DNA of 63,890 nucleotides, the filler included, from Vicugna vicugna (Eukaryota): NCBI GenBank assembly GCA_013265495.1. It is 76 parts of 75 records of this genome, joined end to end, with 100 filler letters (N's around TTAATTAATTAA, not from the genome) between each part and the next. Parts side by side here need not be neighbours in the genome. Positions count along the whole stretch, not along the records: positions 24,376 to 25,237 come from PNXW01013839.1; positions 25,338 to 26,517 come from MU060321.1; positions 26,618 to 27,391 come from MU060322.1; positions 27,492 to 28,291 come from PNXW01013857.1; positions 28,392 to 29,163 come from PNXW01013861.1; positions 29,264 to 30,376 come from MU060325.1; positions 30,477 to 30,863 come from MU060328.1; positions 30,964 to 31,734 come from MU060329.1; 68 more parts are not named here. One strand, 5' to 3'. Each line of letters starts with the position of its first letter. Positions within the stretch are counted from its first letter, which is position 1. Below the pieces are notes generated by a model. It did not search any database and had not been told where the DNA came from. It saw only the letters and a program-made list of their open reading frames with translations. Shown one piece after another: positions 24,376 to 36,463 of the stretch. The translations under genes and the position numbers were made by a program.

Positions 24376-25237
24376 GGAGGTAATAACTCGAAATCGATTT
24401 AACAGTGAAAACTGCATGAATGTCTCAGCAGTTTTGGAAACATAATCAGAAACAAGAGTAAGTGTTAAAATTGACAAAAATTCACTTAATGCTAGATAGA
24501 CGAATGACAATAAACATGCTCAATTATTACAAAGAAGAGTGTGTGAAAAAAAAACACCAAGCTTTGTGGGAAAAAAGATGCTTTTCATTTGGAAACAGAC
24601 TACAAACATATATAAGGGGAGGTAAAAGCTCCAACTCTGTTTAATATTGAAAATCGCAGGAATTTAAAATCGTCACTAAGAAAAAGTCTGACAAAGCAGG
24701 GTGAGGGTTCCACCAGAAACAAGTTTCAATTATGCTAGATGTACAAAAGTCACTCCAAATGTGTAGATTTAAACTGAAAAGAAAGATTGTGTTCCAAAAA
24801 GCAAGTTGAAGGACGGGTTTCACACATACTTAAATTTCAGAACTGAGCATGTGGAGAGACGTTCGTTCATCCAGCACAAAGGGAACGGGTTGCAGGAGAA
24901 ACATTTACTCTGGTTTCTCAGTCTGTTTCCTAGTGCCGGTTTAAAGTTCCTGCGGTTTGCACTGAAAAACCCAGTTGGAGCTTGTTCCTCCCCATATATA
25001 CGAATGGAGTGGAGTTTGCAACTGACAAGAAAACTTGTGTTCCGTTCACGCTAGCTGAAGGACGGATTTCACACACACTTATCTCTCAGAACTGAGCATG
25101 TGGAGAGACGTTCGTTCATCCAGCACAAAGGGAACGGGTTGCAGGAGAAACCCATACTCTGGTTTCTAAGTCTGTTTCCTAGTACCGGTTTCAAGTTCCT
25201 GCGGTTTGCACTGTAAAACCGGGTTGGAGCTTGTACC
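24376..25237. repeat. Second ~249-bp satellite family, with an internal inversion near 24770
   Basis: TGAAGGACGG at 24807 and 25056 gives period 249. The 24376-24770 segment is the reverse complement of the same monomer. Confidence 0.85.
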
Positions 25238-25337
25238 NNNNNNNNNNNNNNNNNNNNNNNNNNNNNNNNNNNNNNNNNNNNTTAATTAATTAANNNNNNN
25301 NNNNNNNNNNNNNNNNNNNNNNNNNNNNNNNNNNNNN

Positions 25338-26517
25338 CCCTGTTCGGGGAAGCCCGAGAAGTACCTTCCCTGACCTTGGGGAAGCAGCCTCTGCAACTGG
25401 GATATCCTGCAAAACCCCCTAGCTTTCCCTGGCACAGAGACATTAGGAAAACCCTCAGGGGAGACGAGCTTAGGCTTTCCGTTAGAACCCACGCGCTGCC
25501 GACCGTTGGTGGAACCTCCNNNNNNNNNNNNNNNNNNNNNNNNNNNNNNNNNNNNNNNNNNNNNNNNNNNNNNNNNNNNNNNNNNNNNNNNNNNNNNNNN
25601 NNNNNNNNNNNNNNNNNNNNNNNNNNNNNNNNNNNNNNNNNNNNNNNNNNNNNNNNNNNNNNNNNNNNNNNNNNNNNNNNNNNNNNNNNNNNNNNNNNNN
25701 NNNNNNNNNNNNNNNNNNNNNNNNNNNNNNNNNNNNNNNNNNNNNNNNNNNNNNNNNNNNNNNNNNNNNNNNNNNNNNNNNNNNNNNNNNNNNNNNNNNN
25801 NNNNNNNNNNNNNNNNNNNNNNNNNNNNNNNNNNNNNNNNNNNNNNNNNNNNNNNNNNNNNNNNNNNNNNNNNNNNNNNNNNNNNNNNNNNNNNNNNNNN
25901 GGGGAGGCAGCCTCTGTCACTGGGATATCCTGCAAAACCCCCTAGCATTCCCTGGCACAGAAACATTAGGAAAATCTCAGGGGAGACGAGCTTAGGTTTC
26001 GTTCGACCCCACGCGCTGCCGATCGTTGGTGGAACCGCCCAACGCTCAGGATCCCGGAACCATTGTCAGTGCGTAGGGGAGCTCGAGAGACAGCTCCACG
26101 CAACTCTCTTCAGTCACAGGTGTTCCCTGTAATGAGAAGTCCAAGAAATAACTTCCCTGACCTCGGGGAGGCAGCCTCTTTCACTGGGATATCCTGCAAA
26201 CCCCCCTAGCATTCCCTGGCACATAGACATTAGGAAAACCCTCAGGGGAGACGAGCTTAGGCTTTCCGTTAGAACCCACGNNNNNNNNNNNNNNNNNNNN
26301 NNNNNNNNNNNNNNNNNNNNNNNNNNNNNNNNNNNNNNNNNNNNNNNNNGCAGCTCTCTTCAGTCACAGGTGTTCCCTGTCCGGGGAAGTCCGAGAAATA
26401 CCTTCCCTGACCTTGGGTAGACAACATCTGTCACTGGGATATCCCGCAAACCCCCCTAGCATTCCCTGACTAAGAGACATCAGGAAAACCCTCAGGGGAG
26501 ACGAGCATAGGCTTTCC
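25338..26517 (+). repeat. 267-bp satellite
   Basis: Monomer motifs. Confidence 0.95.
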
Positions 26518-26617
26518 NNNNNNNNNNNNNNNNNNNNNNNNNNNNNNNNNNNNNNNNNNNNTTAATTAATTAANNNNNNNNNNNNNNNNNNNNNNNNNNN
26601 NNNNNNNNNNNNNNNNN

Positions 26618-27391
26618 TGCAGCATGTACGGAACCCGGAATGTCATGTTGATCAAATCTATGGAAATTACATATCAATTGGTTAGAAATTGCTCCAGGAT
26701 AATTTTTCTGTGAAAAATGCACAAATTTGAAACTGGTGTTGGTAAAAAGTTCTGAAATTGTGTACACGTTTCTAGATGAAATTATACCTTGTATAGAGGA
26801 TGAAATATCAGAAATCCACATGCCCTCAATTCAGGAATGCATGTTTGTCTATTCTGTGATGGATGTAGCGTGTATGGAGCATGGAATATCATGTTGAATG
26901 GATCTATTAAAATTACTTATCTATAGGGATATCTATAGGATAGAAATCGCTAAAGGAGGGTTTTTCTGTGAAAAATTAACCAACTCGAAACTGGTGTTGG
27001 GAAAAACCTGCGAATTTCAGTAGAAGTTTCTATATGTAATTCTGTCTAGAATAGATGATGAAAGATCAGTAATCCACCTGCTAACCACAGAGAAATGCAT
27101 GTTTGTTGAAACTATAATGCATGTAGCATGTTCGGAACAGAGAATGTCATGTTGATGGAATCTATGTAAATTACATACCTATTTGTTAGAAATCTCTCAA
27201 AAATTATTTTTCAGGGAGAAATGTATGATTTTTGAATCTGGTGCTGGGAAAAACCTATGAAGTCAGTGTAAATATTTCTTAGNNNNNNNNNNCCTTATTT
27301 GGGAAAGATCATTAATCCACATGCTTACAACTCACAAATGCGTGTTTGTCAGATCCATCATGCATGTAGCATGTTCGGACCACGGAATTTC
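26618..27391 (-). repeat. AT-rich ~248-bp satellite, more diverged variant
   Basis: GCATGTAGCATGTTCGGAAC, AATCCAC and GAAACTGGTGTTGG landmarks about 245 bp apart. Confidence 0.85.
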
Positions 27392-27624
27392 NNNNNNNNN
27401 NNNNNNNNNNNNNNNNNNNNNNNNNNNNNNNNNNNTTAATTAATTAANNNNNNNNNNNNNNNNNNNNNNNNNNNNNNNNNNNNNNNNNNNNCTCCAGAGT
27501 CTCATTTACTACACCATCAACTCAAAGTCCAACATGAAGTCTAACTATTACCAGCTCAAAAGCCTAAATATTTTTATCCTCATCGCCTAAATCAGGCATG
27601 ATTGTGACCCTGGGTGTGATCTTC

Positions 27625-28291
27625 CCTGCTCAAAATCCTGCAATGGCTTCTCATTTCACTCAGTGAAGAAGCGAGAGTCCTTATGGTGACCTTACAGCTT
27701 TCCTCCCCCTCCCTAAGCTGAGTTCATCTCCGGTTTTCTCCCTGGCTCACTCCGCTCCAGCCACACTGGCCTCCCTGCTGGCCCTTGGGGACATCAGACA
27801 TGCACCCACAGGCCTGTTGCCCCGACTCTGTCAAACTCATATGCTGAATCCCCAGGACAACAGAACATGACCCCATTTGATAATAGGGTTGTTGCAGAAG
27901 TCATTGGTTAAGAAGAGGTCATTAGGGTGGGCCCTAATCCAGTATGACTTGTGTCCTGATAAAAAGGGTCAATGTGCACACAGAGACACGTGTACATGGG
28001 AGATGACGTGATGAGATGTGGAGAGAAGACGGTCGTTTCCAAGCCAATGAGAGAGGCCTGGACCAGCCTCTCCCTCCCAGCCCTCAGGAGGAACCAGCCC
28101 TGCTGATACCCTGCCTGCAGACTCCCCGCCCACAGGGCTGTGAGACAGGGAGCCTCTGTGGTTCCTGTCACCCAGTGTGTGGTGCTGTGATAGAGGAAGC
28201 TCAGCAACTAGCACCCCCTTCTCAAGGTCCTCAGTGAGACCCGCTGTGGCCATCTCATTTTAAACTGGAAACTGCCTTCCCCTTGTCTCTG
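27625..28291 (+). mobile_element. L2 3' fragment interrupted by an MLT1 (MaLR) LTR (~27815-28210)
   Basis: L2 motifs are CTGCTCAAAATCCTGCAATGGCTTC and CACTCCGCTCCAGCCACACTGGCCTCC. MLT1 motifs are TTAAGAAGAGGTCATTAGGGTGGGCCCTAATCCAGTATGAC and CAGCCCTCAGGAGGAACCAGCCCTGCTGATACC. Confidence 0.75.
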
Positions 28292-29263
28292 NNNNNNNNN
28301 NNNNNNNNNNNNNNNNNNNNNNNNNNNNNNNNNNNTTAATTAATTAANNNNNNNNNNNNNNNNNNNNNNNNNNNNNNNNNNNNNNNNNNNNGGTTGTTCT
28401 CTGATTGCTTAGAGTCAGGTCATACCCATGCTTTAGTTACTGCACTGGATGACTGGATTTCTAATGCTATTTCCGTCTTTTGAGCTGCAGTTTCATTAAA
28501 ATTATGTATTATTTATTGTAGAAGCAAATGAAAGCTTATATTTGTAGGTAAATGGCATAAGTTTTAGTGGGATGTGGAGGTCACAATACCAATGTTTAGT
28601 TGATATATATCTTTACTCTAAATAATGATGAAATTTTTTGTTGTTAAGTTGCCTTCCTGCATTCCTTCCCTCTTCTTTTCTTTTTGATTGGTATTTTTGG
28701 CTCTAAAATTTATTTTTTTGGCAAAATCTTATTTGAATTGATACAGAGATGAAGGATACACACACACACACATAAATGTCTATATAAACTCTGCTAAATA
28801 ATCATAAAATCTCTGTTTCTCGAATCAATTAAAAATATTTTAAGAATGCTGCTTTCCTTGAATTAAACTTAATTCTTCTCACTTATTTACTAAGCAGCAT
28901 TCCTTTGTCATGCACTGACTACAGCCTTGTTCTTCCACTAAGTAATTGTGTTTTATAAATTTGCAAGCAACCAGAGTGATTTCAGAATTTGTCAAAGATT
29001 TACAACAAAGATTTACAAAAAATTGACATGATCTTAACCACATGCTGCTATTGCCAATATGCCCATTAGAGTGATGATTTTACTAAAAGCAATGTCTAAC
29101 TCCTTTACATTCCTACAGTAATGGCCTTATTATTATACTACAAAAGATGACATCTTCAAATAANNNNNNNNNNNNNNNNNNNNNNNNNNNNNNNNNNNNN
29201 NNNNNNNTTAATTAATTAANNNNNNNNNNNNNNNNNNNNNNNNNNNNNNNNNNNNNNNNNNNN

Positions 29264-30863
29264 TCGCGCTTAGGCATTCCGTTTGAACCCACGCGCTGCC
29301 GACCGTTGTAGGAACCTCCACACGCTCAGCATTCCGGAACCATTGTCAGTGCGTGGGGGAGCTCGAGAGACAACTCCACGCAGCTCTCTTCAGTCACAGG
29401 TGTTCCCTGTTCGGGAAAGNNNNNNNNNNNNNNNNNNNNNNNNNNNNNNNNNNNNNNNNNNNNNNNNNNNNNNNNNNNNNNNNNNNNNNNNNNNNNNNNN
29501 NNNNNNNNNNNNNNNNNNNNNNNNNNNNNNNNNNNNNNNNNNNNNNNNNNNNNNNNNNNNNNNNNNNNNNNNNNNNNNNNNNNNNNNNNNNNNNNNNNNN
29601 NNNNNNNNNNNNNNNNNNNNNNNNNNNNNNNNNNNNNNNNNNNNNNNNNNNNNNNNNNNNNNNNNNNNNNNNNNNNNNNNNNNNNNNNNNNNNNNNNNNN
29701 NNNNNNNNNNNNNNNNNNNNNNNNNNNNNNNNNNNNNNNNNNNNNNNNNNNNNNNNNNNNNNNNNNNNNNNNNNNNNNNNNNNNNNNNNNNNNNNNNNNN
29801 NNNNNNNNNNNNNNNNNNNNNNNNNNNNNNNNNNNNNNNNNNNNNNNNNNNNNNNNNNNNNNNNNNNNNNNNNNNNNNNNNNNNNNNNNNNNNNNNNNNN
29901 NNNNNNNNNNNNNNNNNNNNNNNNNNNNNNNNNNNNNNNNNNNNNNNNNNNNNNNNNNNNNNNNNNNNNNNNNNNNNNNNNNNNNNNNNNNNNNNNNNNN
30001 NNNNNNNNNNNNNNNNNNNNNNNNNNNNNNNNNNNNNNNNNNNNNNNNNNNNNNNNNNNNNNNNNNNNNNNNNNNNNNNNNNNNNNNNNNNNNNNNNNNN
30101 NNNNNNNNNNNNNNNNNNNNNNNNNNNNNNNNNNNNNNNNNNNNNNNNNNNNNNNNNNNNNNNNNNNNNNNNNNNNNNNNNNNNNNNNNNNNNNNNNNNN
30201 NNNNNNNNNNNNNNNNNNNNNNNNNNNNNNNNNNNNNNNNNNNNNNNNNNNNNNNNNNNNGCTATATCCTCACTCCTAGCTTTTCCTGGCCCAGAGACAT
30301 CAGGGAAACACTCAGGGTAGACGAGTTTAGTCATTCCGTTAGATCCCACGCGCTGCCGACCGTTGTTGGAACCTCCNNNNNNNNNNNNNNNNNNNNNNNN
30401 NNNNNNNNNNNNNNNNNNNNTTAATTAATTAANNNNNNNNNNNNNNNNNNNNNNNNNNNNNNNNNNNNNNNNNNNNGAAATAAATTCCCTGACCTTGAGG
30501 AGGCAGCCTCTGACACTGAGAATTCCTGCAACCCCCACTAGCATTCCCTCGCAGAGAGACATGAGGAAAATCCTCAGGGGAGACGACCACAGGCATTCTT
30601 TAAGAACCCACGCGCTGCCGACCGTTGGTGGAACCTCCCCACGCCGACCGTTGGTGGAACCATTGTCATTGAGTGGGGGAGCTCGAGAGAAAACTCCACG
30701 CAGCNNNNNNNNNNNNNNNNNNNNNNNNNNNNNNNNNNNNNNNNNNNNNNNNNNNNNNNNNNNNNNNNNNNNNNNNNNNNNNNNNNNNNNNNNGAATTCC
30801 TGCACGCTAGCATTCCCAGCACAGAGACATGAGGAAAACTCTCAGGGGAATCGAGCACAGGCA
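29264..30863 (+). repeat. 267-bp satellite (two scaffolds, 29264-30376 and 30477-30863)
   Basis: Monomer motifs flanking the gaps. Confidence 0.93.
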
Positions 30864-30963
30864 NNNNNNNNNNNNNNNNNNNNNNNNNNNNNNNNNNNNN
30901 NNNNNNNTTAATTAATTAANNNNNNNNNNNNNNNNNNNNNNNNNNNNNNNNNNNNNNNNNNNN

Positions 30964-32835
30964 TCTCCGTGTGTGTGCTGCAGGGGGGAAAAAGTGTCCA
31001 CGCATCTTAATGGGGGCACAGGTTTTCCAAGGTTGAGGAAGTAGTTTCAAACCCTCCACTGCCCACAGAGATGCACTCTCTAATACTTGGCTTTAGAGCC
31101 CACCTAGGAAAACACTTAGGTAAGTCAAGCTAAGGGATTCTACTCGAACCCAGGTGTTGCTGTCAGTTGGAAGAACCTGCCCAAACTCAGAACACTACAA
31201 AACTTCTTCGTGTGTGTGCTGGATGTAGGGAAACAGAGTCAAAGCATCTTTCAGGGGGCACAGTTATTTCATGGTTATGGTTTGTAGGTTAAACACCCAC
31301 ATCCCATGGATAGGCTCTCGCCAATACTTGGTTTAGAGCCCAATCCCAGCATTACCCCGCACACAGGCCATGGCAAACCATTTTGGAAGACCAGTTAAGG
31401 TATTGTATTACAACCCAGGCGCTGCTGTTATTTGGAGGAACCTCCCCACACTGAAGACATCTGAACCCAATGTCGTGTGTGTGCTGCAGGAGGGAAACAG
31501 AGTCCACGCATCTTTATGGGGGCACAGGTGTACCCAGGTTNNNNNNNNNNNNNNNNNNNNNNNNNNNNNNNNNNNNNNNNNNNNNNNNNNNNNNNNNNNN
31601 NNNNNNNNNNNNNNNNNNNNNNNNNNNNNNNNNNNNNNNAATATCAACCGATCCAATTAGATCCCAGTTGCTACTGTCAGTTGCAGAAACCTCCCCACAG
31701 GCAGGATACCAGAAAACCTCGTGTGTGTGCTGGANNNNNNNNNNNNNNNNNNNNNNNNNNNNNNNNNNNNNNNNNNNNTTAATTAATTAANNNNNNNNNN
31801 NNNNNNNNNNNNNNNNNNNNNNNNNNNNNNNNNNAGACCCGAGAACACTTCTTCATCAGTGTGCTGGAGGTGGGAAAACTTAGTCCACGCGTAAATAACT
31901 GGGCACAGGAACTCACAGATTGGGGGTTGTAGGTAAAACACCTGCATAGCACATGGAGAGGAACTCGCTAATACTTGGTTGAAGTGCCCAAACCTCACTT
32001 TCCTCCGCCCTCAGGCCTAGGCAAACCATCAGTGAATTCAAGCTAAGGGATTCAATTAGAACTCACGGAATGCTCTCAGTTGGACGAACTTCCCCCACTC
32101 AGGATTCCAGAAACCAACTTTGTGTGTGGTAGGTGTGGATCCCAACCCCACGCAGTTGAATGGGTGCACAGCTCTTCCCCGTTAGGGAGAAGCCCTTTAA
32201 ACACTTCCTCAGTCCATTTGTGAGCACTCGCTGCTAATTGACCTCCAAGATTAACCCCCAGCTTCCCTCGCATCCCGGCCTAGGGATAGGCTCAGGGGAT
32301 ACAAGTTAAAGGATTCTTTTAGAACCCAGGCGCTGCTGTCAGTTGNNNNNNNNNNNNNCCCACTCTCACCAGATCCCAACCTTGTGTGTGGAGGAAATGT
32401 GGAGCCCCACTTCACGCAGTTGAATAGGGGCACAGGAGTTCTCCGTTAGGGAGAAGTCCTCTAAGTTCTTCCTCAGTACATAAGGGGGCAATCGATGCTA
32501 CTTGGAGTCCATGCCCAACCCTCAGCTTTTCCTGATAGCCTGGCCTCGGGAAAATTTCAGGGAATACAAGCTAAGGGATACTTTTAGATCCCAGACGCTG
32601 CTGTCAGTTGGAGGATCTTCCACACACTCCGGATTCCGGAACACAACCTTGTGTGTGGGGGAAATGTGGAGCCCCAATCCACGCAGATGAATGGGGGCAC
32701 AGATTTTCACCATTTGGGAGATTTCCTCTAAGTACTTCTGCATTCTGTCGGGGGCACTCCATGCTAATTGGCCATCAAGCCATACCTACACTTTTCCTCA
32801 CAGCCTGGGCTAGGTAAACACTCAGGGAATACAAG
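30964..32835 (+). repeat. Diverged ~265-bp satellite related to the 267-bp family (scaffolds 30964-31734 and 31835-32835)
   Basis: Recurrent AAGCTAAGGGATTC...GAACCCAGGCGCTGCTGTCAGTTGGAGGA..CCCCACACTCAGGAT motifs about 265-270 bp apart. Confidence 0.85.
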
Positions 32836-33114
32836 NNNNNNNNNNNNNNNNNNNNNNNNNNNNNNNNNNNNNNNNNNNNTTAATTAATTAANNNNNNNNN
32901 NNNNNNNNNNNNNNNNNNNNNNNNNNNNNNNNNNNTTTTAGTTTGTGAGCAAAATACTAGGCACATTAATTTTTAAGGAACAGTCTAAATACCGTCTGTT
33001 ATATATCAAATTATGCTTCATTGAATTCTTCAGTGATTCTTCATAGAATTCATTAATAGCTTATTTTTCTTAAGTTTATTACTTGCGTTTGTTTATATTT
33101 CTATTTTTATGAAA

Positions 33115-33484
33115 TCATTCACATTGAATTTTTAAATTAAATACTTGCTGAGTTTCTACAACAAACCATATGTGGTCCTTGAGTTCCTGTGATTGAGCAA
33201 TAAACAAAGTCTTCTCCCTGAGAAAACACCCTGATTGTGACCTGATAGGGAGAGAAGAAAGGCTATAAACGTATAAATTACTACATATTAGGTAATAATA
33301 GATGTTTTAGCAAAAAATGGAACAAAGCCAGATAGTAAGTGGTGCAAGGGTAGCTATTTTACACAGAGGTTTCAGGAAAGGACTCTGTGTAGAAGTGACA
33401 TTTTATCAGCTGAGTGAAGGGAGGGCGACCACTGCAGACACGTGGGTGAAAACACTCAGGTCATAGGAGAAGCAGTTGATTGAT
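33115..33484 (-). mobile_element. Probable L2 3' end fragment
   Basis: CATTC...AAATACTTGCTGAG...AAACAAAGTC...TCAGGAAAGGACTCTGTGTAGAAGTGACATTT pattern typical of antisense L2. Confidence 0.55.
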
Positions 33485-34818
33485 NNNNNNNNNNNNNNNN
33501 NNNNNNNNNNNNNNNNNNNNNNNNNNNNNNNNNNNNNNNNNNNNNNNNNNNNNNNNNNNNNNNNNNNNNNNNNNNNNNNNNNNNNNNNNNNNNNNNNNNN
33601 NNNNNNNNNNNNNNNNNNNNNNNNNNNNNNNNNNNNNNNNNNNNNNNNNNNNNNNNNNNNNNNNNNNNNNNNNNNNNNNNNNNNNNNNNNNNNNNNNNNN
33701 NNNNNNNNNNNNNNNNNNNNNNNNNNNNNNNNNNNNNNNNNNNNNNNNNNNNNNNNNNNNNNNNNNNNNNNNNNNNNNNNNNNNNNNNNNNNNNNNNNNN
33801 NNNNNNNNNNNNNNNNNNNNNNNNNNNNNNNNNNNNNNNNNNNNNNNNNNNNNNNNNNNNNNNNNNNNNNNNNNNNNNNNNNNNNNNNNNNNNNNNNNNN
33901 NNNNNNNNNNNNNNNNNNNNNNNNNNNNNNNNNNNNNNNNNNNNNNNNNNNNNNNNNNNNNNNNNNCATGTTGAAAAAAAAGAGACATTTATTTTGAGTA
34001 TGTTGAGATATCTGTTATATATCCAAGCGTGCATGACTGAGAAATTCCTCTCGCCTGTTCATATTATGTGTATAATTTTTACNNNNNNNNNNNNNNNNNN
34101 NNNNNNNNNNNNNNNNNNNNNNNNNNTTAATTAATTAANNNNNNNNNNNNNNNNNNNNNNNNNNNNNNNNNNNNNNNNNNNNAAGATATTAAATATATTT
34201 CCCTGTGCTATACAGAAGAAATTTAGTATTTTTAGCTATTTTCATATATAGTAGTTAATATTTGCATATCTCAATCTCTGATGGGCATTTTTGAAGCCAC
34301 ATCTGGCACCCTTGCTACAGAAGAGTCTGAGAAATATGTTTTCAACCTCATAGCCTTTTGGTTAGGAAGTTGGAATAAAGGCTGAGCTGGCTCACCTAAC
34401 TTGTCTGCCTTTGTGAGTAAAGAGGTCTGGAGTTTCAAGGAACAATGAAATGTCCCAGCCCTTCAGTAGCAAACAAAGCAACCAAAATGCTCCCAGCTAC
34501 CAGAGCATGACTTGTCCTTACACACTGCTGGACATAACCGCCAACGCTCTCTAAGGCATCGTCTTCAAACGTTCTTTAGATGTGTAATATGCTGATTAAC
34601 AGGACAAGCTGGGTTGGATTCCCAAGGTCACAGGCAGCCTTCTGATTTTGGTGTATATATGTTCATTGAAGGATCCTCTCTCAGATCATCTAGAGCTGCC
34701 TAGTGTGTGGTTTGCCAGNNNNNNNNNNNNNNNNNNNNNNNNNNNNNNNNNNNNNNNNNNNNTTAATTAATTAANNNNNNNNNNNNNNNNNNNNNNNNNN
34801 NNNNNNNNNNNNNNNNNN

Positions 34819-35530
34819 ATTGTATAGTATCTCATGATTAATGTGTAGAAATGCAAGAGACTTTTTACATTTATCTTGTACCCTGCTACGTTGATGAAAT
34901 TATTTATTGTTCATAATAGTCAATGTGGAGCCCTTAGGACTCTCTATGTAGATTGTTATGCCATCTGTAATGGTGACAATTTTGACGCTTTTTTCCATTT
35001 TGCATTTCTTTTATTTCTTTTTTTTTTCCTTTCTTCTTTTACTATTGAACACAAGGGCTGAGAGTAGCAATCCTTGTATTTTTCCCAAATTTACCCAGAA
35101 GGCTTTCAGCATTTCCCCTATTATAAATAGTTATAAATGGCCTTTAGTATGTTGAGAGATGTTCCCATTGTACTCACTTTCATGAGAGTTCTGATGATGA
35201 AANNNNNNNNNNNNNNNNNNNNNNNNNNNNNNNNNNNNNNNNNNNNNNNNNNNNNNNNNNNNNNNNNNNNNNNNNNNNNNNNNNNNNNNNNNNNNNNNNN
35301 NNNNNNNNNNNNNNNNNNNNNNNNNNNNNNNNNNNNNNNNNNCATCGTGTATAATCCTTTATATGTATTGCTGGATTCATTTGTTGAACTTTCTCGAGGA
35401 TTTTTAAACGTATATTCATCAAGAATATTGTATTTTCATTTTCATTTTCTTTTTTTCTTTTTAGTGTCTTTGACTGGTTTTGTTATCATGGTAATGGTGG
35501 CCTCATAGAATAAATTTGGGAATTTTCCTT
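34819..35530 (-). mobile_element. Degenerate LINE-1 ORF2 RT region
   Basis: GGCTTTCAGCATTTCCCC, ATGTTGAGAGATGTTCCC and GGTAATGGTGGCCTCATAGAATAAATTTGG. Confidence 0.82.
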
Positions 35531-35630
35531 NNNNNNNNNNNNNNNNNNNNNNNNNNNNNNNNNNNNNNNNNNNNTTAATTAATTAANNNNNNNNNNNNNN
35601 NNNNNNNNNNNNNNNNNNNNNNNNNNNNNN

Positions 35631-36363
35631 TGCGTAGAGTTTTCTCTCGAGCTCCCCCACGCACTGACAATGGTTACGAAAACCTGAGCGTGGGGAGGTT
35701 CCACCAACGTTCGCCAGCGCGTGGGTTCTAACGGAATGCCTAAGCTCGTCCTCCCTGAGGGTTTTCCTAATGTCTCTCTGCCAGGAAATTCTAGGGGTGA
35801 TTGCAGGATTTCCCAGTGTCCGAAAATGTCTCCCGAAGATCAGGGAAGGTATTTCCCGGACTTCTCCGAACAGGGAACTCCTGTGAATGAAGAGAGTTGC
35901 GTAGAGTTTTCTCTCGAGCTCCCCCACGCACTGACAATGGTTACGAAAACCTGAGCGTGGGGAGGTTCCACCAACGTTCGCCAGCGCGTGGGTTCTAACG
36001 GAATGCCTAAGCTCGTCCTCCCTGAGGGTTTTCCTAATGTCTCTCTGCCAGGAAATTCTAGGGGTGATTGCAGGATTTCCCAGTGTCCGAAAATGTCTCC
36101 CGAAGATCAGGGAAGGTATTTCCCGGACTTCTCCGAACAGGGAACTCCTGTGAATGAAGAGAGCTGCGTGGAGTTGTCTCTCGAGCTCCCCCACGCAATG
36201 ACAATGGTTCCGGAATCCTGAGCGTGGGGAGGTTTCACCAACGGTCGGCAAAGCGTGGGTTCTAACGGAAAGGCTAAGCTCGTCTCCCCTGAGGGTTTTC
36301 CTAATGTCTCTGTGCCAGGGAATGCTAGGGGGGATTGCAGGATATCCCAGTGACAGAGGCTGC
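35631..36363 (-). repeat. 267-bp satellite that defines the monomer length
   Basis: 35631-35896 is identical to 35898-36163 (period 267). Confidence 0.96.
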
Positions 36364-36463
36364 NNNNNNNNNNNNNNNNNNNNNNNNNNNNNNNNNNNNN
36401 NNNNNNNTTAATTAATTAANNNNNNNNNNNNNNNNNNNNNNNNNNNNNNNNNNNNNNNNNNNN

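Noticed and set aside
29283..30349. Long ORFs composed mostly of X
   Set aside because: They exist only because N gaps contain no stop codons.
35583..36251. 222-aa repeat ORF and the many MGELERQLHAALF ORFs as a gene family
   Set aside because: They are translations of the 267-bp satellite with no gene structure, and many copies carry indels.
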